A stretch of 63,754 nucleotides of DNA, filler included, from Octopus bimaculoides (taxonomy: Eukaryota), in the NCBI RefSeq assembly GCF_001194135.2. It is 4 parts of 3 records of this genome, joined end to end, with 100 filler letters (N's around TTAATTAATTAA, not from the genome) between each part and the next. Parts side by side here need not be neighbours in the genome. Positions count along the whole stretch, not along the records: positions 1 to 28,885 come from NC_069001.1; 3 more parts are not named here. One strand, written 5' to 3'. The notes beneath the pieces are model-generated. The model did not search any database, was not told the DNA's origin, and was given only the letters and a program-made list of their open reading frames with translations. The position numbers and the translations under genes were made by a program. Shown here in pieces: positions 13,086 to 26,326 of this stretch (positions are counted from its first letter, which is position 1; the number at the start of each line of letters is the position of its first letter).

Positions 13086-13391
13086 TTTGTTTAAAGTCCT
13101 AACCACAAATAAACTTTCAATATCGGTACGTTTCACTGTTGGACGGGAGTAAGTTACATACATAGATTAAGACACACACACGTATATTAACTCACACCTG
13201 AAGCCTATTTCTGTCCCTGAGTGTGTAGGTCGTCACAAAAATGCATGTATACTGATTGACACATACACCGTCACACACATATACATGTCAGTCAAAGTTG
13301 CTGTCAATCTTTACTTTGCAAAAGTTTAATACGCATGTACTTTACAAAGAATTATTGAGTGGTCCTCCTGTTTAATATATATATAAAATCA

Positions 13392-13467
<76 letters not shown>

Positions 13468-14098
13468 ATCTATCTATCTGTCTATCTGTCTGTCTATGTA
13501 TATGTGTGTATGTGTATGTTTGTGTGTGTGTGTGTGTGTTGAAACAACACACATAAGATATATATTATCACAAACGAAGAGAACAAACGGAAAACAGAAT
13601 ATCGCCAAATCTTCGTCAGTTATCCTCCAAAGGCTCACAACACTTTTACGATGCTCCGCTTCGGTGGTGTCAGTGACGAGAAGCCGCCAGAAAATTGCGA
13701 CTAAACGAAGAAGGGACCAGACACGGCACAAAGGGAACATGCAAACATGAAATAAGTATATAGTACAGAATATGCAAACGAAATTATTCAAGATGAGACG
13801 AATAGGGAACGGACAAGGGACAAAGACTGTTGGGAACAGAGTGGGTAAGAGAGACGAGAGCGCGAAGGAGAGAGAGAGAGAGAGGGAAATAGCGAAGGAG
13901 AGAGAGAAATGAGGGTGAGAGGACAGAAAGGAAGACAAAGGACAAAAATAGACGTTGCCCGAAAAGATAAATTCACAGAATATTAACAAAATAAGATGGT
14001 GCGTGGAATTATATTAAACAATATGTTCAAAATCTTTACGTGTGATGCCTATTTCTGTCTTTTCTCTACCTTTATCTTCCGTTCTTCCCCTCCTACTT

Positions 14099-14131
<33 letters not shown>

Positions 14132-14148
14132 TTCTCTATCTCTCTCTT

Positions 14149-14188
<40 letters not shown>

Positions 14189-14799
14189 ATCTTCCTTGTC
14201 CAACACTTTACTCCGTGGTACTATCTCTCAGATTTTTGCTTTCCTTTCTCACACCTTTCCACTCCATTACTCTCCGTATCTCTCTGCTCTCTACCACTTT
14301 TCTCCCTCCTACCTCTGACACGTGGTCATCGTCACCTTTCATGCCCATTTTCTTTTCACGTCGATCGCCTAGTTGACCAGTCGGGTTTCTATTGTCTCCC
14401 AGTTTCAAGACATTTTGTTGCCTCTATGTTGTTCCCTTCGTTTCTAACCCTTTCAGTAGTCACTTTTACCAATATAGAGCAAGCAAAATAAACTTAGACA
14501 CCTACGTCTTTGAGTATCTAATAAGCGCTGTATGTTAGATGTCTATTAGATCTATTCATTGCAATTCACCAGACATTGTAAATAATTTGAATAAAGAAAA
14601 CTACTAATACACTAAATAATATAATCTTACAACAGCTTACGAATAGCACAGTATTTCAAACCTCTTTCTTACCTGTGACTTTGCTATTTCTATTCAACGT
14701 ATTAAATTTCTACTGTTCCTCGTATAACGTAATTTATTTCACATTGCAAATGTATTTTGCTTACTATTTGCCAATACAGACTATTGCCATTTTCCTCAA

Positions 14800-15480
14800 C
14801 ATCTTCTGTTTCACTTTAATATCTCAACGTATTTAGTTGGCAAAATAATCAGAATAAATTTCAACATATTGGAAGAGGAAATATTCAATTTGTATTGAAA
14901 AGTACTACATCGATATTCTACAGAGAAAGACAAAAAAAATGTAAAGAAAGAAGAAAAGTTTGAAAGACAGGAAAACAAAATAGATATCATGGAATAATAG
15001 AATTTTTTTTTCAAGTCTGATTCACCGAACAATAGACACAGAAGCATGTAACATCGAGTTGCCATCTGATATAGTGTAAGTAGTTCTAATCTAACATAGA
15101 AAGAAACTTCCTATTACTGATCAGAAAGCATTTTACATTCAGCCTCAGTTGCAAAACTCTATTAAAACTATCCCAAACAATAGATAATACCTTAATAGGT
15201 ATTACATAAAAAAAAAAACAGAACTTGACAAAATAGAATATACCGGAACTTGAATGTAACTGAATCAAGAAAGCAATCTTGCAGATTAATAGAAAATGTT
15301 TCACTAAAGATCGTATGTATCAGTCTAGAGATTCTACCAAATATTGTATTCAAAATGCTAATTAGGCTTACAAAGAAAACATTTAAAAGACCAATTATGT
15401 AACACAATCTACGAAAATCGTCCATCTTTCTCTCAACATATCTGGTATTTGAAATAAGAGCTTCAATAATAATATGGAAT
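14800..15480 (+). pseudogene. Possible heavily decayed leucine-rich-repeat coding relic
   Basis: Frameshifted pieces ENKIDIME**N/SSLIHRTIDTEACNIELPSDI, DQKAFYIQPQLQNSIKTIP and LEILPNIVFKMLIRL loosely fit NxIxxL...FxxLxxL spacing. Many stops. Confidence 0.25.
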
Positions 15481-15756
15481 ATTAGTGAATTAGAAAAGAA
15501 AACTTACGTTTTAAGAATATTTTAGAGATGCTTTACAGAGGTATGAAACTCGATGAATTTTTATTAAGTGTTATGCAGCAGCCGTTAGCAATGTGTTATG
15601 CCATCTGCAAACCAATGGACTGGCCAGAAGTGATCCTTTATGTAACACATCACACTGCTAGAAATAGCAAGCAAAATTTCCTTCAGCTACACACTCAGGT
15701 TTTGAAAAGCGATAGGTATATTGTATAATATATTTCTAGGTACACAATGCAAAAGG

Positions 15757-15842
<86 letters not shown>
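15757..15842. repeat. (GA)n microsatellite
   Basis: Direct reading. Confidence 0.95.
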
Positions 15843-15845
<3 letters not shown>

Positions 15846-15929
15846 CAGAGAAGATGAAAACAGGAAGAGAGAAATGGGATAATTATATAGCTGGAATGCC
15901 CTTTAGTTCTAAGTCTACTGAGTCAGGAC

Positions 15930-16530
15930 TGAGTTGGTGAACAGCAACATCAACTACAACTAACGAATAATTAGAAACCAGAGATCGGCCGAGTCCATAT
16001 TGAAGATCGACCCACCGCCTTCCTTTGGCCAGGAAGTGCAGGAAATTTTCCTCTGTATGGTAGCAGTAGCGAAAGAAGTTGTATGGCGGACCAGGTTGAA
16101 AGGACTGAAGACAGACACTTTTCTCTGCAGCGAATCCCTCATCGAATTTTTCAAGTTTCCCTTGGAAAGGAAGATGAGGGTGGAGAGAGAGAAGTGCTGC
16201 TTCCCAGTACATTTGCTGAAAGGTGGGTGAATGTAGCGTAAATGGCCCATGTGAGAGGAGCAACTCTAATATTGCGCCTATAGGCTGGTGAATTTGATGA
16301 AGAAAGAGATACCCTCCCGCGTACTCTCAAAGCATCGGATTGTTCAGGATTGGTGGGGTACCTGAGCCAACCCTGGTTGGTTATTCCCCCCTATTGGAGA
16401 TTTTTCTTTGTCATAGTTTTCTTGTTTAATGTGTTATTATTTTCCTAATAGTTTACTCGTTTTGTTTAAAACCTCACTGTCTCCGTCTACTGTACTGTCC
16501 CCTATATGTCGGCCGGTGGTCATTAAATGA
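15930..16530 (+). mobile_element. 5'-truncated Tx1/L1-type LINE: ORF2 C-terminus plus 3' UTR
   Basis: KIDPPPSF...VAVAKEVVWRTRLKGL...LIEFFKFPLERKMRVER, then a shifted frame EVLLPSTFAERWVNVA*MAHVRGATLILRL*. This is the typical Tx1 K.RVER...F..RW ending. T-rich UTR, then (ATT)n. Confidence 0.75.
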
Positions 16531-16569
16531 AATTATTATTATTACTATTACTATTATTATTATTATTAC

Positions 16570-16608
<39 letters not shown>

Positions 16609-17499
16609 CATTATTATTCATTTTATTCATCATGTTCAAGTACGTGTGTATTCATCATTATTTCCTTTATTTTATTCAATTTTAGAAAATTTGAAGCATG
16701 TCCTTGTTAATCCTGAAGCATATTGCACGTATTTAATGCCTGACTTTCGGCCCACCATGTCTGTGTCACGAAGACGAAAGATATCCTGGTGTATTGGTAG
16801 ACCACAACATTTGTTTCGGCATCTCACAGCAGCTTTATGTTGCTGATTTTATATTCATATACCGTTATACAAAATTATTCTTCATTAATACTATAAAGTT
16901 GAATCTTTTACAGTAGTATCCGTAAATATATATATGCGTGTATGTGTTTGCGGCGCGTGTATGTGTACGTGTGTGTGAGTGTGTTTGTGTGTTATTGAAT
17001 GAGTGTGTCTGTGTCTGCACATACATGAAAGGTAAATTTAAAAGCTTTGATTTTGTGCTGTCCTCGATATTAGCAGCGATTGTTAATGGGGGTTGTATGT
17101 GCGTAGTTTAGCCTTTAAATATTGTCTGAACTATTTTTTGCAAGCTATAAATTATTACTAACTAGGAATTTTTTTTTTTTTTTCTCAACACCCTGAAACC
17201 ATGTACACATCCGTGGAAACTGATCGAATAAAATATAAATTAAAATATAGTATATAGCAAAAACAAAATTTAAGAGTAAAAGTAATTTACTAATAATATC
17301 TGTCTGATATTCAATTATAAAACTTAAATCATAACGGCTATTTAATGACTTCGTTTTCGTATTTCTTTATTTAATATTTTGGTAATGTTCCTTTAAAAAA
17401 TAAAATAATATATTTTCGCTCATGGTTGTCTTTTCGATATTCACTGAAAATAACACAAAAATCCATACTGCTATCAAAATATTGCCAATTTCCATATGC

Positions 17500-17559
17500 A
17501 GCCTCCCGTTTCCCTCATATATTCTATCACTTTCTCTCTCTCTGTCTGTACTCTCTTTG

Positions 17560-17593
<34 letters not shown>

Positions 17594-18020
17594 TCTCTCT
17601 CTCTCTTCCTATCTGTCTCTCTCTCTGTTTGGATGTTTCAGCCTGTCCGTTTGCCTGTCTCGCTCTTCTCCTCTTTCTTCTTTATTGATGTAAAAGACAA
17701 AAACGAACGGAAGATTTTAATCTGAAACATAGCCGATTGGTCAATATCCTCCTCCTCCTCCCCCTCGCCCTCCTCCTCGTCGTACTCTTCCTCCTTTCAT
17801 CATCACCATCATCATGGTCATTGCGATCGTTGTCGTCGATATCTTCGCTGTCGTCGTCGTTGTTATCATCGTCCACCATCCCCACCCCACTTCGTTCTCA
17901 TTGTTATTTTATTGATAGTATTATTAGCATCACGTTTATATTCCTAATATTATTGGCGCCTTATTATTACGCTCATGAGCATTACTATAACCATTATTAC
18001 TTACTTCTCTTTTTGTATCG

Positions 18021-18085
<65 letters not shown>

Positions 18086-18096
18086 TATTATTATTA

Positions 18097-18194
<98 letters not shown>

Positions 18195-18649
18195 AGCAGC
18201 AGCAGTATTGTTGTTGCTGTTGTTATCATCAAAATATAATTATTGTTGTTATAATCACCACCACCAACACTATCATCATCATCGTCATCATCATCGTCAT
18301 CATCATCATCAGCATCAACATCATCATCATCAACACCATCATCATCATCATCATCACCCGTTGATGTTATGATTATTATTGTTATTTTTCTTATTTAATG
18401 CTGTTATTAGTCAGTGTTATTTTTCTCCGATTTTTTTTCTTTCAAAAAAATATCTGTTTACTGTCTGTAATTACATCATTATCAAAATTATTATCATTAT
18501 TATTATTATCATCACCATCGTCGTCATCTTCATCATCAGCAGCAGCAGCAGTAGCAGCATTGTATTTTTCCTTTGCCTTTTGGTGCTTTTGTAGTTTTTT
18601 TCAAAAAATGTTCATTCTATTTCTTGTTTTATTATTCTTTATTTCCAAA

Positions 18650-18702
<53 letters not shown>

Positions 18703-18850
18703 AGTTATTACTGTTATTACTATTATTATCATGGAAGAAATCTTTATTACTATTATTATCATCATCATCATCAAAATTATTACAATAATTATGGTATTAT
18801 TATCGTCATCAACATCATCATCATTAACTTTGTTATAATCATGTTCTTCG
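17500..18850. repeat. Large compound microsatellite block: (TC), (CCT), (ATT), (TAG), (CAT)
   Basis: Direct reading; source of the poly-L/I/Y/H ORFs. Confidence 0.95.
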
Positions 18851-19375
18851 TTTTCATAGTTTTATTTTGCTTGCGATATCTTTTTTTATCTTTTTATTTT
18901 ACTTTCATTTGCTAGTTCTGTTTACAGTCTAAGGTACCATCAGCAGACATATTGTTAAGAAGCAGAGGTTCCGTAATCAAAGATTTTGATCAGTGTTTAA
19001 ATGGACATTCTAGACGAATTATCTAATTTGTTTCTCGGTGTAAAATGAAATTAATCTTAAACTTACGACTGTGCTTCTCTGACCTCAAATCAGTACAGGA
19101 TTGTTTGGCTAGAGTGATGTTAGCTCAACGTGTGTGCGTTTATCTGGTTGTATGGGTGCGTGCGTGTGTGCGTACGGGTATCTATGGGCAATTATCGTGT
19201 CTGCATGCAATAAGCATGAGTGTATGTGTGTGTTTGTGAGTTTCATGGGTTTCATATCCATAAAAGGTATTCTACTTCGTTTTGAAAACACACAGACATA
19301 TACACACAGTACACCTACGCAATCTGGCGTGTGTAGAAATTATAAAATATGTATATATTCCACAATTTCCAAAAC

Positions 19376-19493
19376 TTCGAGGAGGGTATTTACATATACT
19401 ATTGAACAACATGGAACGACTTTAATCTGACCAGATCGAAATTCAAAACAAAGCTTTATACAACACTCGTTACGGATCTCCTATACGCTGACG

Positions 19494-19495
<2 letters not shown>
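19376..19495 (+). mobile_element. RTE/BovB-like RT fragment ending at YADD
   Basis: [39 protein letters not shown], then (TATG)n. Confidence 0.8.
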
Positions 19496-19524
<29 letters not shown>

Positions 19525-20087
19525 TGTATGTATGTATGTATGTATGCATGTATGTATGTATGTATGTATGTATGTACGTATGTAGGTATCTCTCTCTCTC
19601 TCTCTATCTATCTATTTATCTATATATATAATGATATATATATATATATTACGGAGATGNNNNNNNNNNNNNNNNNNNNNNNNNNNNNNNNNNNNNNNNN
19701 NNNNNNNNNNNNNNNNNNNNNNNNNNNNNNNNNNNNNNNNNNNNNNNNNNNNNNNNNNNNNNNNNNNNNNNNNNNNNNNNNNNNNNNNNNNNNNNNNNNN
19801 NNNNNNNNNNNNNNNNNNNNNNNNNNNNNNNNNNNNNNNNNNNNNNNNNNNNNNNNNNNNNNNNNNNNNNNNNNNNNNNNNNNNNNNNNNNNNNNNNNNN
19901 NNNNNNNNNNNNNNNNNNNNNNNNNNNNNNNNNNNNNNNNNNNNNNNNNNNNNNNNNNNNNNNNNNNNNNNNTATATATATATATATGCACACACACGAG
20001 AATATATGTATATATATATACACACACACGGTTTCAACAATGTATTGCTTTTTAATGGTAAAAGATGAATAAATTCTTCAAAACCTT

Positions 20088-20118
<31 letters not shown>

Positions 20119-20788
20119 TTACCATTTATTAGTAAAATATTGTCGCAACTGGTGTAGTATTTAAATAAATCTGTTAGAAAATTTAGAAACAGCTACACGT
20201 TTTGAGATTCAGCTGCATTTTCAAACCCAAAACAAATTCTCCTATATTTTTTCCTGCGTCGGAATACAAATTTTCTCCTCCTCACACAAGCATACGCGCA
20301 TGCGCGCAGGCAATAAACACACACACATCTTCTGAAAAGAGCAATTGACAAAGAGTCCTGTTCTCAGTTTGAAAAATGGTGAAATAAATTTATATTTCGA
20401 CCAAGAAACCTTGGGTAGCTGTATTTAACAAAACGCGTGGTTTTTATGTCGAGAGATATTTACGTAACATAGATGTTTCTCTCACCCGATGTATTGATTC
20501 AAAAGATTATTTATATTCATGCAGATATGTAATTAATTAATTTATTGTAAAATTTGATTAGATAATTTTTCCGTGCTCCAAAGTCCGAGACAATTCTTGT
20601 GATATAAGTATTTTCCAATTGTTAAATAAATTTTCTCATACTGTTTCTCTCGTTATTTATAACTTTATACACTCCTAATGGTGGTTTTCTCTTGTACCGT
20701 ACTACATACTCTATATATTTTGTAGAATGATACATTAAGGAGCTACTTGTCATGAGTACCAACGAATAAGTTGAATTCATATATTTTG

Positions 20789-20824
<36 letters not shown>

Positions 20825-21304
20825 NNNNNNNNNNNNNNNNNNNNNNNNNNNNNNNNNNNNNNNNNNNNNNNNNNNNNNNNNNNNNNNNNNNNNNNNNNNN
20901 NNNNNNNNNNNNNNNNNNNNNNNNNNNNNNNNNNNNNNNNNNNNNNNNNNNNNNNNNNNNNNNNNNNNNNNNNNNNNNNNNNNNNNNNNNNNNNNNNNNN
21001 NNNNNNNNNNNNNNNNNNNNNNNNNNNNNNNNNNNNNNNNNNNNNNNNNNNNNNNNNNNNNNNNNNNNNNNNNNNNNNNNNNNNNNNNNNNNNNNNNNNN
21101 NNNNNNNNNNNNNNNNNNNNNNNNNNNNNNNNNNNNNNNNNNNNNNNNNNNNNNNNNNNNNNNNNNNNNNNNNNNNNNNNNNNNNNNNNNNNNNNNNNNN
21201 NNNNNNNNNNNNNNNNNNNNNNNNNNNNNNNNNNNNNNNNNNNNNNNNNNNNNNNNNNNNNNNNNNNNNNNNNNNNNNNNNNNNNNNNNNNNNNTATATA
21301 TTTA

Positions 21305-21345
<41 letters not shown>

Positions 21346-21589
21346 TTATATATATATGTGTGTGTGTGTGTATACAGATAGATAGATCCCAAAACACTCA
21401 AACCCTCAAAATCTAAGACCAAAATGTCAAGGACAATTCTGTAGGTCTACTGCTGCTTAGCAACGGCAGCATCTTTTGACCAAACTGCTTTGGGTGGCAT
21501 AGGTTTGGCAGTATAAATGACACATAAAGAATGCTCAATTTTTCCCCACTTCATGTATTTATATCACCAAACCTATTGCTGTTCTGCCT

Positions 21590-22290
21590 TAGAGATATCT
21601 ACCTTTCAAATTTGACGAAAGCTAGATTGGATACTAACAAGAGGTTTCCCAAGAGTGGCGATTGCGACACGAATCATACTTTGGTATGCAGCAATGTTGG
21701 ACTTCAGCTAAATGAAAATATACTGTGTGAAATCAGCTTGATAACAACGTATTGCTGTCTCTATGGTATAACACGCAGAACAAAGCTTCAGAAAGAAATT
21801 AGTTCTTAAAGGTGATATCCTTTGCAGAACTACCACATGAAGATGTGTAGATAAAACAGGATTCACTGAGGGGTATCATCCACGGTACTGCACTGATGGT
21901 ATTTGTTAAGAAACGAAGCAAGCCTCGGATCTAGTTTGAGGCAAGTTTAAGTGTTCTTGGCGCTATCGTCGTAGCATGACGTGCTGCAAACGCCGCCCCA
22001 CTCAAGCAATATTACAAGCACTAAGAAAAGCAAGATCCAGCCCCTGCCCCCAGCCAACCTCTCTGCTAATTGATACAGGTGACATTCCTGCAGCGTGTGA
22101 GAAAGGAAACGAGGGCCATCAGTCGAATCAGGTGCAAGGCAGAACCACAGAAAATATGCGAAATAATCAAAAGAAATGCAATCAGGTAGAAAACTAGGTA
22201 GAGCATAATTCTAAAGTCTACTAAAGGGCAAACTCCATCTCAGATAGAGTAACAGACACTGGGATGCCAGCTAGTGAAAGAGGAACAAGA
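21590..22290 (+). mobile_element. Decayed RTE LINE (endonuclease C-terminus and linker)
   Basis: GDCDTNHTLVCSNVGLQ (APE DxDH motif); SLRGIIHGTALMVFVKK; *FEASLSVLGAIVVA*RAA; PTQAILQALRKARS. The pieces are colinear with RTE ORFs. Confidence 0.65.
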
Positions 22291-24209
22291 TGCATTGGCG
22301 AATGCATCAGCGTGTTAAATCAATTTGTATTTTACTGTTTTGTATTAATTGTTCTAGGTTTATAAAAATGGGGTAGTTTATTAGTTGGAGCAACACACTT
22401 TTGTCAATAACTTTCATTTCTCTTTGTAACATGTGTATATTGTTATTTGTCTTAGGTAAAAAAAAGAGTGAAATCTTGTTTTGCTTTCACAACCATTGTC
22501 ACATCCAAAGCCATGCTACACAACTGTGCATAAAAATTGCAGTAATACGCATACGATCTTTTGGTAATTTTTGTGCAGCTTAATTACAAAAGGACAAATA
22601 GGACCCATTAAATTTGAGGGTCTATCAAACTAGTGTGCAATGTGATAAAGAAATATTGAACAGAAGAGCTAGTGTAATTTACCTATGCCAAAATGTATTT
22701 TGCAATATGACCCAAGGGATAAGCGATGGTACTAAACCGAGTGATAGTCAGCGTTAGACCAAGCAACAGATTAAATAAAATTAGATGTTATCGCATTGTA
22801 CTTTGAATGGTACACATTACGATTTCCCAACAATTCAATTGAACAGAAATTATTACCAATTTATTTGGTAGTTTTACTAGTGGAACACATTTGTTTTGCA
22901 TAGAAAATTTCAATAAAAAATGTATATATTTTAAAGCAATAAAGATTATAGCAATATATGATAATAAATATACAGGAGTAGATACTGTAACAGGAAAACT
23001 TTACGATAATAATATACAAGAGTGTATAAAGGATATCATGATTTATAACAGTAAAAATATTGAAAAAATAGTAACATAATAGCACAAAATCAGAAATAAT
23101 GTACCTTAATATAAATACAATTCATAGCAAAATATTTCAAAAGCCCGATAGTAGTCAAGCAATAAAATCATCCCTTATACGGATATTAATCAAACATTTC
23201 AAGTAATTTTATAAATTTAAAGGATATATCAAACTAATATTGATATGAAAGTTATGAAATATGTGGTTGTCTCGGTGTGTACACAATTATATATATATAT
23301 ACATGTATGTGTGTGTATTTGTTTGTCTGCTTGTGTGTGTGTGCGTGCTTGAGTTTGTGGTGTGCATATATTAACAAGTGTGTGTCTTTTTGATGAAGAA
23401 AATACGAGTGCGTAATAAGATTTTTTAAGATGTCAAAACGATCACATACTCATGCATGCACACACTCACTAGCATGTGTATGTGATGCGTTTTGTAAGTG
23501 TGAGAATGTATGCAAAGGCACGTGTTTGTGTGTGTGTGTGTGTGCGTGTGTGTGTGTGATCCTGCGAGTGAGCGAGAAAGTATGGTTACCATGCAAGGAT
23601 ATATTAATACTGCGTAGAACTGAATCACCAGTACAATATGTATATATATATTAATACTGTGTAAAGAACCGAATCACCGGTGGGGTGCACATTGTATAAA
23701 TATTTAATATGACGGCTAGTATAATAAATACTTCACGTATCTATCGAAAACGTAGTCCTGTTAGTTTTAGAGAACAGACTTTGGCGAAATGTTATTAGTT
23801 AAACTATTATTGCTTGGTTTTTGCTTCGTATGTGTAACGTATGTACAAAATATTTGCAGGAGTTGTTTGCTAGTTAATCCAAGTTAAAGTCATGTTCAGT
23901 CACTGCAATGTGAGATTTTCATCAAGAGTTGTCGCCCATTTTTCTCTTAGTAAAGTATATCTATAACTTCACAACCCATTTAACATCAAATGGAAAATGC
24001 TGGCGATTGACACATAAACCGCTAGGATTTTAATAATTTGTGCTTAGAAGACCGTTTCACATGGTTAATTCAGATGGAACTTCAAGATATTTAACATGCA
24101 GCATAGTTTACATAAATAGAAATTTTGTTGAACATTTTATGATCTTCGTTGGAAAATGAAGGCTACTTAGATCAAGTTAGTTTTTATGAATGAGGCCTTT
24201 ACATTTCAC

Positions 24210-24375
24210 CTAACGCGGGATTATACCATAAAATTTTACAGAGCCTGTTTCTGCTCTTTCAGGTATAAATCCTGGCAGATATTAAATCTTCATAATCTAT
24301 CCACAATTCATAAGACCTGTATTATAATAGGTACTAGCAAATGCAGCTTCATCTGCAGATAATACGGAGATAAAC
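24210..24375 (-). pseudogene. C-type lectin domain-like pseudo-exon
   Basis: After ttttaacag the reading is FISVLSADEAAFASTYYNTGL, a frameshift, then ELWIDYEDLISARIYT*KSRNRLCKILWYNP. W1-D6-Y13-(W)15-W26 spacing fits the CTLD WIGLxDxxxxGxFxWxDG....xxW motif. Candidate donor G|gtgaaa at 24210. Confidence 0.55.
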
Positions 24376-26219
24376 CTGTTAAAATTAAGGATTAAATTGC
24401 GTTAAATGCTAGATCGGTGATTTATAGAAGCCGTAATATGACGAAATTTTTTTTATTTATATTTAAGGAGATGTCTAATACTATAATTAAGGTAAGTTTA
24501 TTTTTTGCAGTAATATGTATAATATCTGCATAAGGTCATTTCTACTTGTTGATGTGAGATTGTATACATGTAATACGATTTGTTCAAGCTCAGATCTGAG
24601 TAAATGATATTGGAAGATCTCCAAATGATATTGGAAGGACTCTTTCTAAGAGAATACTGTGGAAATCTTTTCTTCCCAGAATCACCATGGTTTGTTGCGT
24701 TTTTCATTCTGAACGACCTTCGTATTAATCCCATCAGGTCACGTGTATTTATGCTTGACACGTGATAATATTGTAAGCGGAATATGAAACGATGATGAGG
24801 ATTGTGGTGATGATCGTGATAACAATGATGATGATGATTAGGAAGGGGAGGATTGTACTGGTGGTGTTGATTTTTGATGATGAAGTTGATGATAATCATG
24901 TAGGAAGTACAGAACAATGGCCGGGGTCAAGACGGGCTTCAGTCCAATTAATGTTTTCACTGCAAAATAAGTTATACACACTGTAAAAAATAATTCAGGT
25001 CAAATGATATGATTTGCGTGCTGTATGGATTAGAGAATGATAACTGGGTGATAATAAAGTAGAAGAATATGATAGATAGCAATATTTAAATATACTATAA
25101 TCACAAATATCTGTCTGTGTCGGGCGAATGATGAAAGCATAAAAGAATAATATTTATTTTGCATTCAAGTTGTTTGTATTGCAAACACTGACGCAACGCA
25201 AAGCAGATTAATTGTTTGTTTTATAAGATGATAACATTTTTACAGTTTTTTCTTTCTAATGGGAATTGCTATTTAATTTAGTTTAAAAATTAACACTTTC
25301 AGTCATGAATTATTTATGTTTATACTGGAAAAAATATTTTCATTATTTAAAATATCTCAAGCTGTGAATTGGAGATATCGCAATTACGCATCTCTGGCTA
25401 TACTTTGTGAACGTAAACTTTCTGATGTCCCCGTTCACTACAGAAATGGTAGCAGTGATTTTTCAATGTAAAAGTGAATGCATAATAAAAATTGGATGTA
25501 TGCATATACTTGACTGTCAGAATATAACCAGGGAAAATGTTGAATAATCATTTAAATCGTATAACCTTATATGTTTGAGCGGAGAAAGAGATTGATATAT
25601 GGCGTGGGTCAAGAACTCGTGTACAGGAACCATGAAATACCAATTCATTTCTGTTAGATAAGGGTATAACAAACTTAGTATAACAGACATTATTTTAAAC
25701 TCATTCGCGAGGAATTGCTTCGATATATCTTATGTTCATTGTGTTGGAAAAGGCCTAATGAACAATAAGGGAAATGAGAAAGATTGTGGTTTTATTACAT
25801 TCTAAGTATAACATCTTCAACGTTATTTTGAAATGAACTCAACTGCATTTACGGAAGCACGGAGAAATATAGTTGGGAGAAACAAGCTATATACGTGGGG
25901 AAAAACTGGAGTAATAAAGCGTTTGGAAAAATTCAAAGGTTTTATATAACGCATTCTCAAGCCCATTTTTCAAAGTCAGAGCGCAATGAAAATGTCAAAA
26001 CCATCTAAGATACTATCTTTCACGATGAGAATATTAATTATTTAAAAACAAAGATTTATTAGCTACAGAGGCAGTGTTAATACCGAGAAGTAATATCAAA
26101 GCTCACTTAAACGTGGATGTTCTCTTAGAACACACGTGATAACTACCGCAGTATTGTTTGTTCTAACTGAACATCTACGTTCAAGTGTGCATAAATTATT
26201 TGCGCATGTACGCAAGAAA

Positions 26220-26233
26220 GTGTGTGTGTGTGT

Positions 26234-26322
<89 letters not shown>
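26220..26322. repeat. (GT)n(GA)n compound microsatellite
   Basis: Direct reading. Confidence 0.95.

Positions 26323-26326
<4 letters not shown>

Noticed and set aside
17737-18838. Long ORFs with poly-L, poly-I, poly-H and poly-Y, resembling signal or transmembrane proteins
   Set aside because: Entirely explained by trinucleotide microsatellites, which lack stops in some frames.
22880-23079. AT-rich 62-aa ORF (FCIENFNKKC...)
   Set aside because: No recognisable motif; composition typical of AT-rich non-coding DNA.
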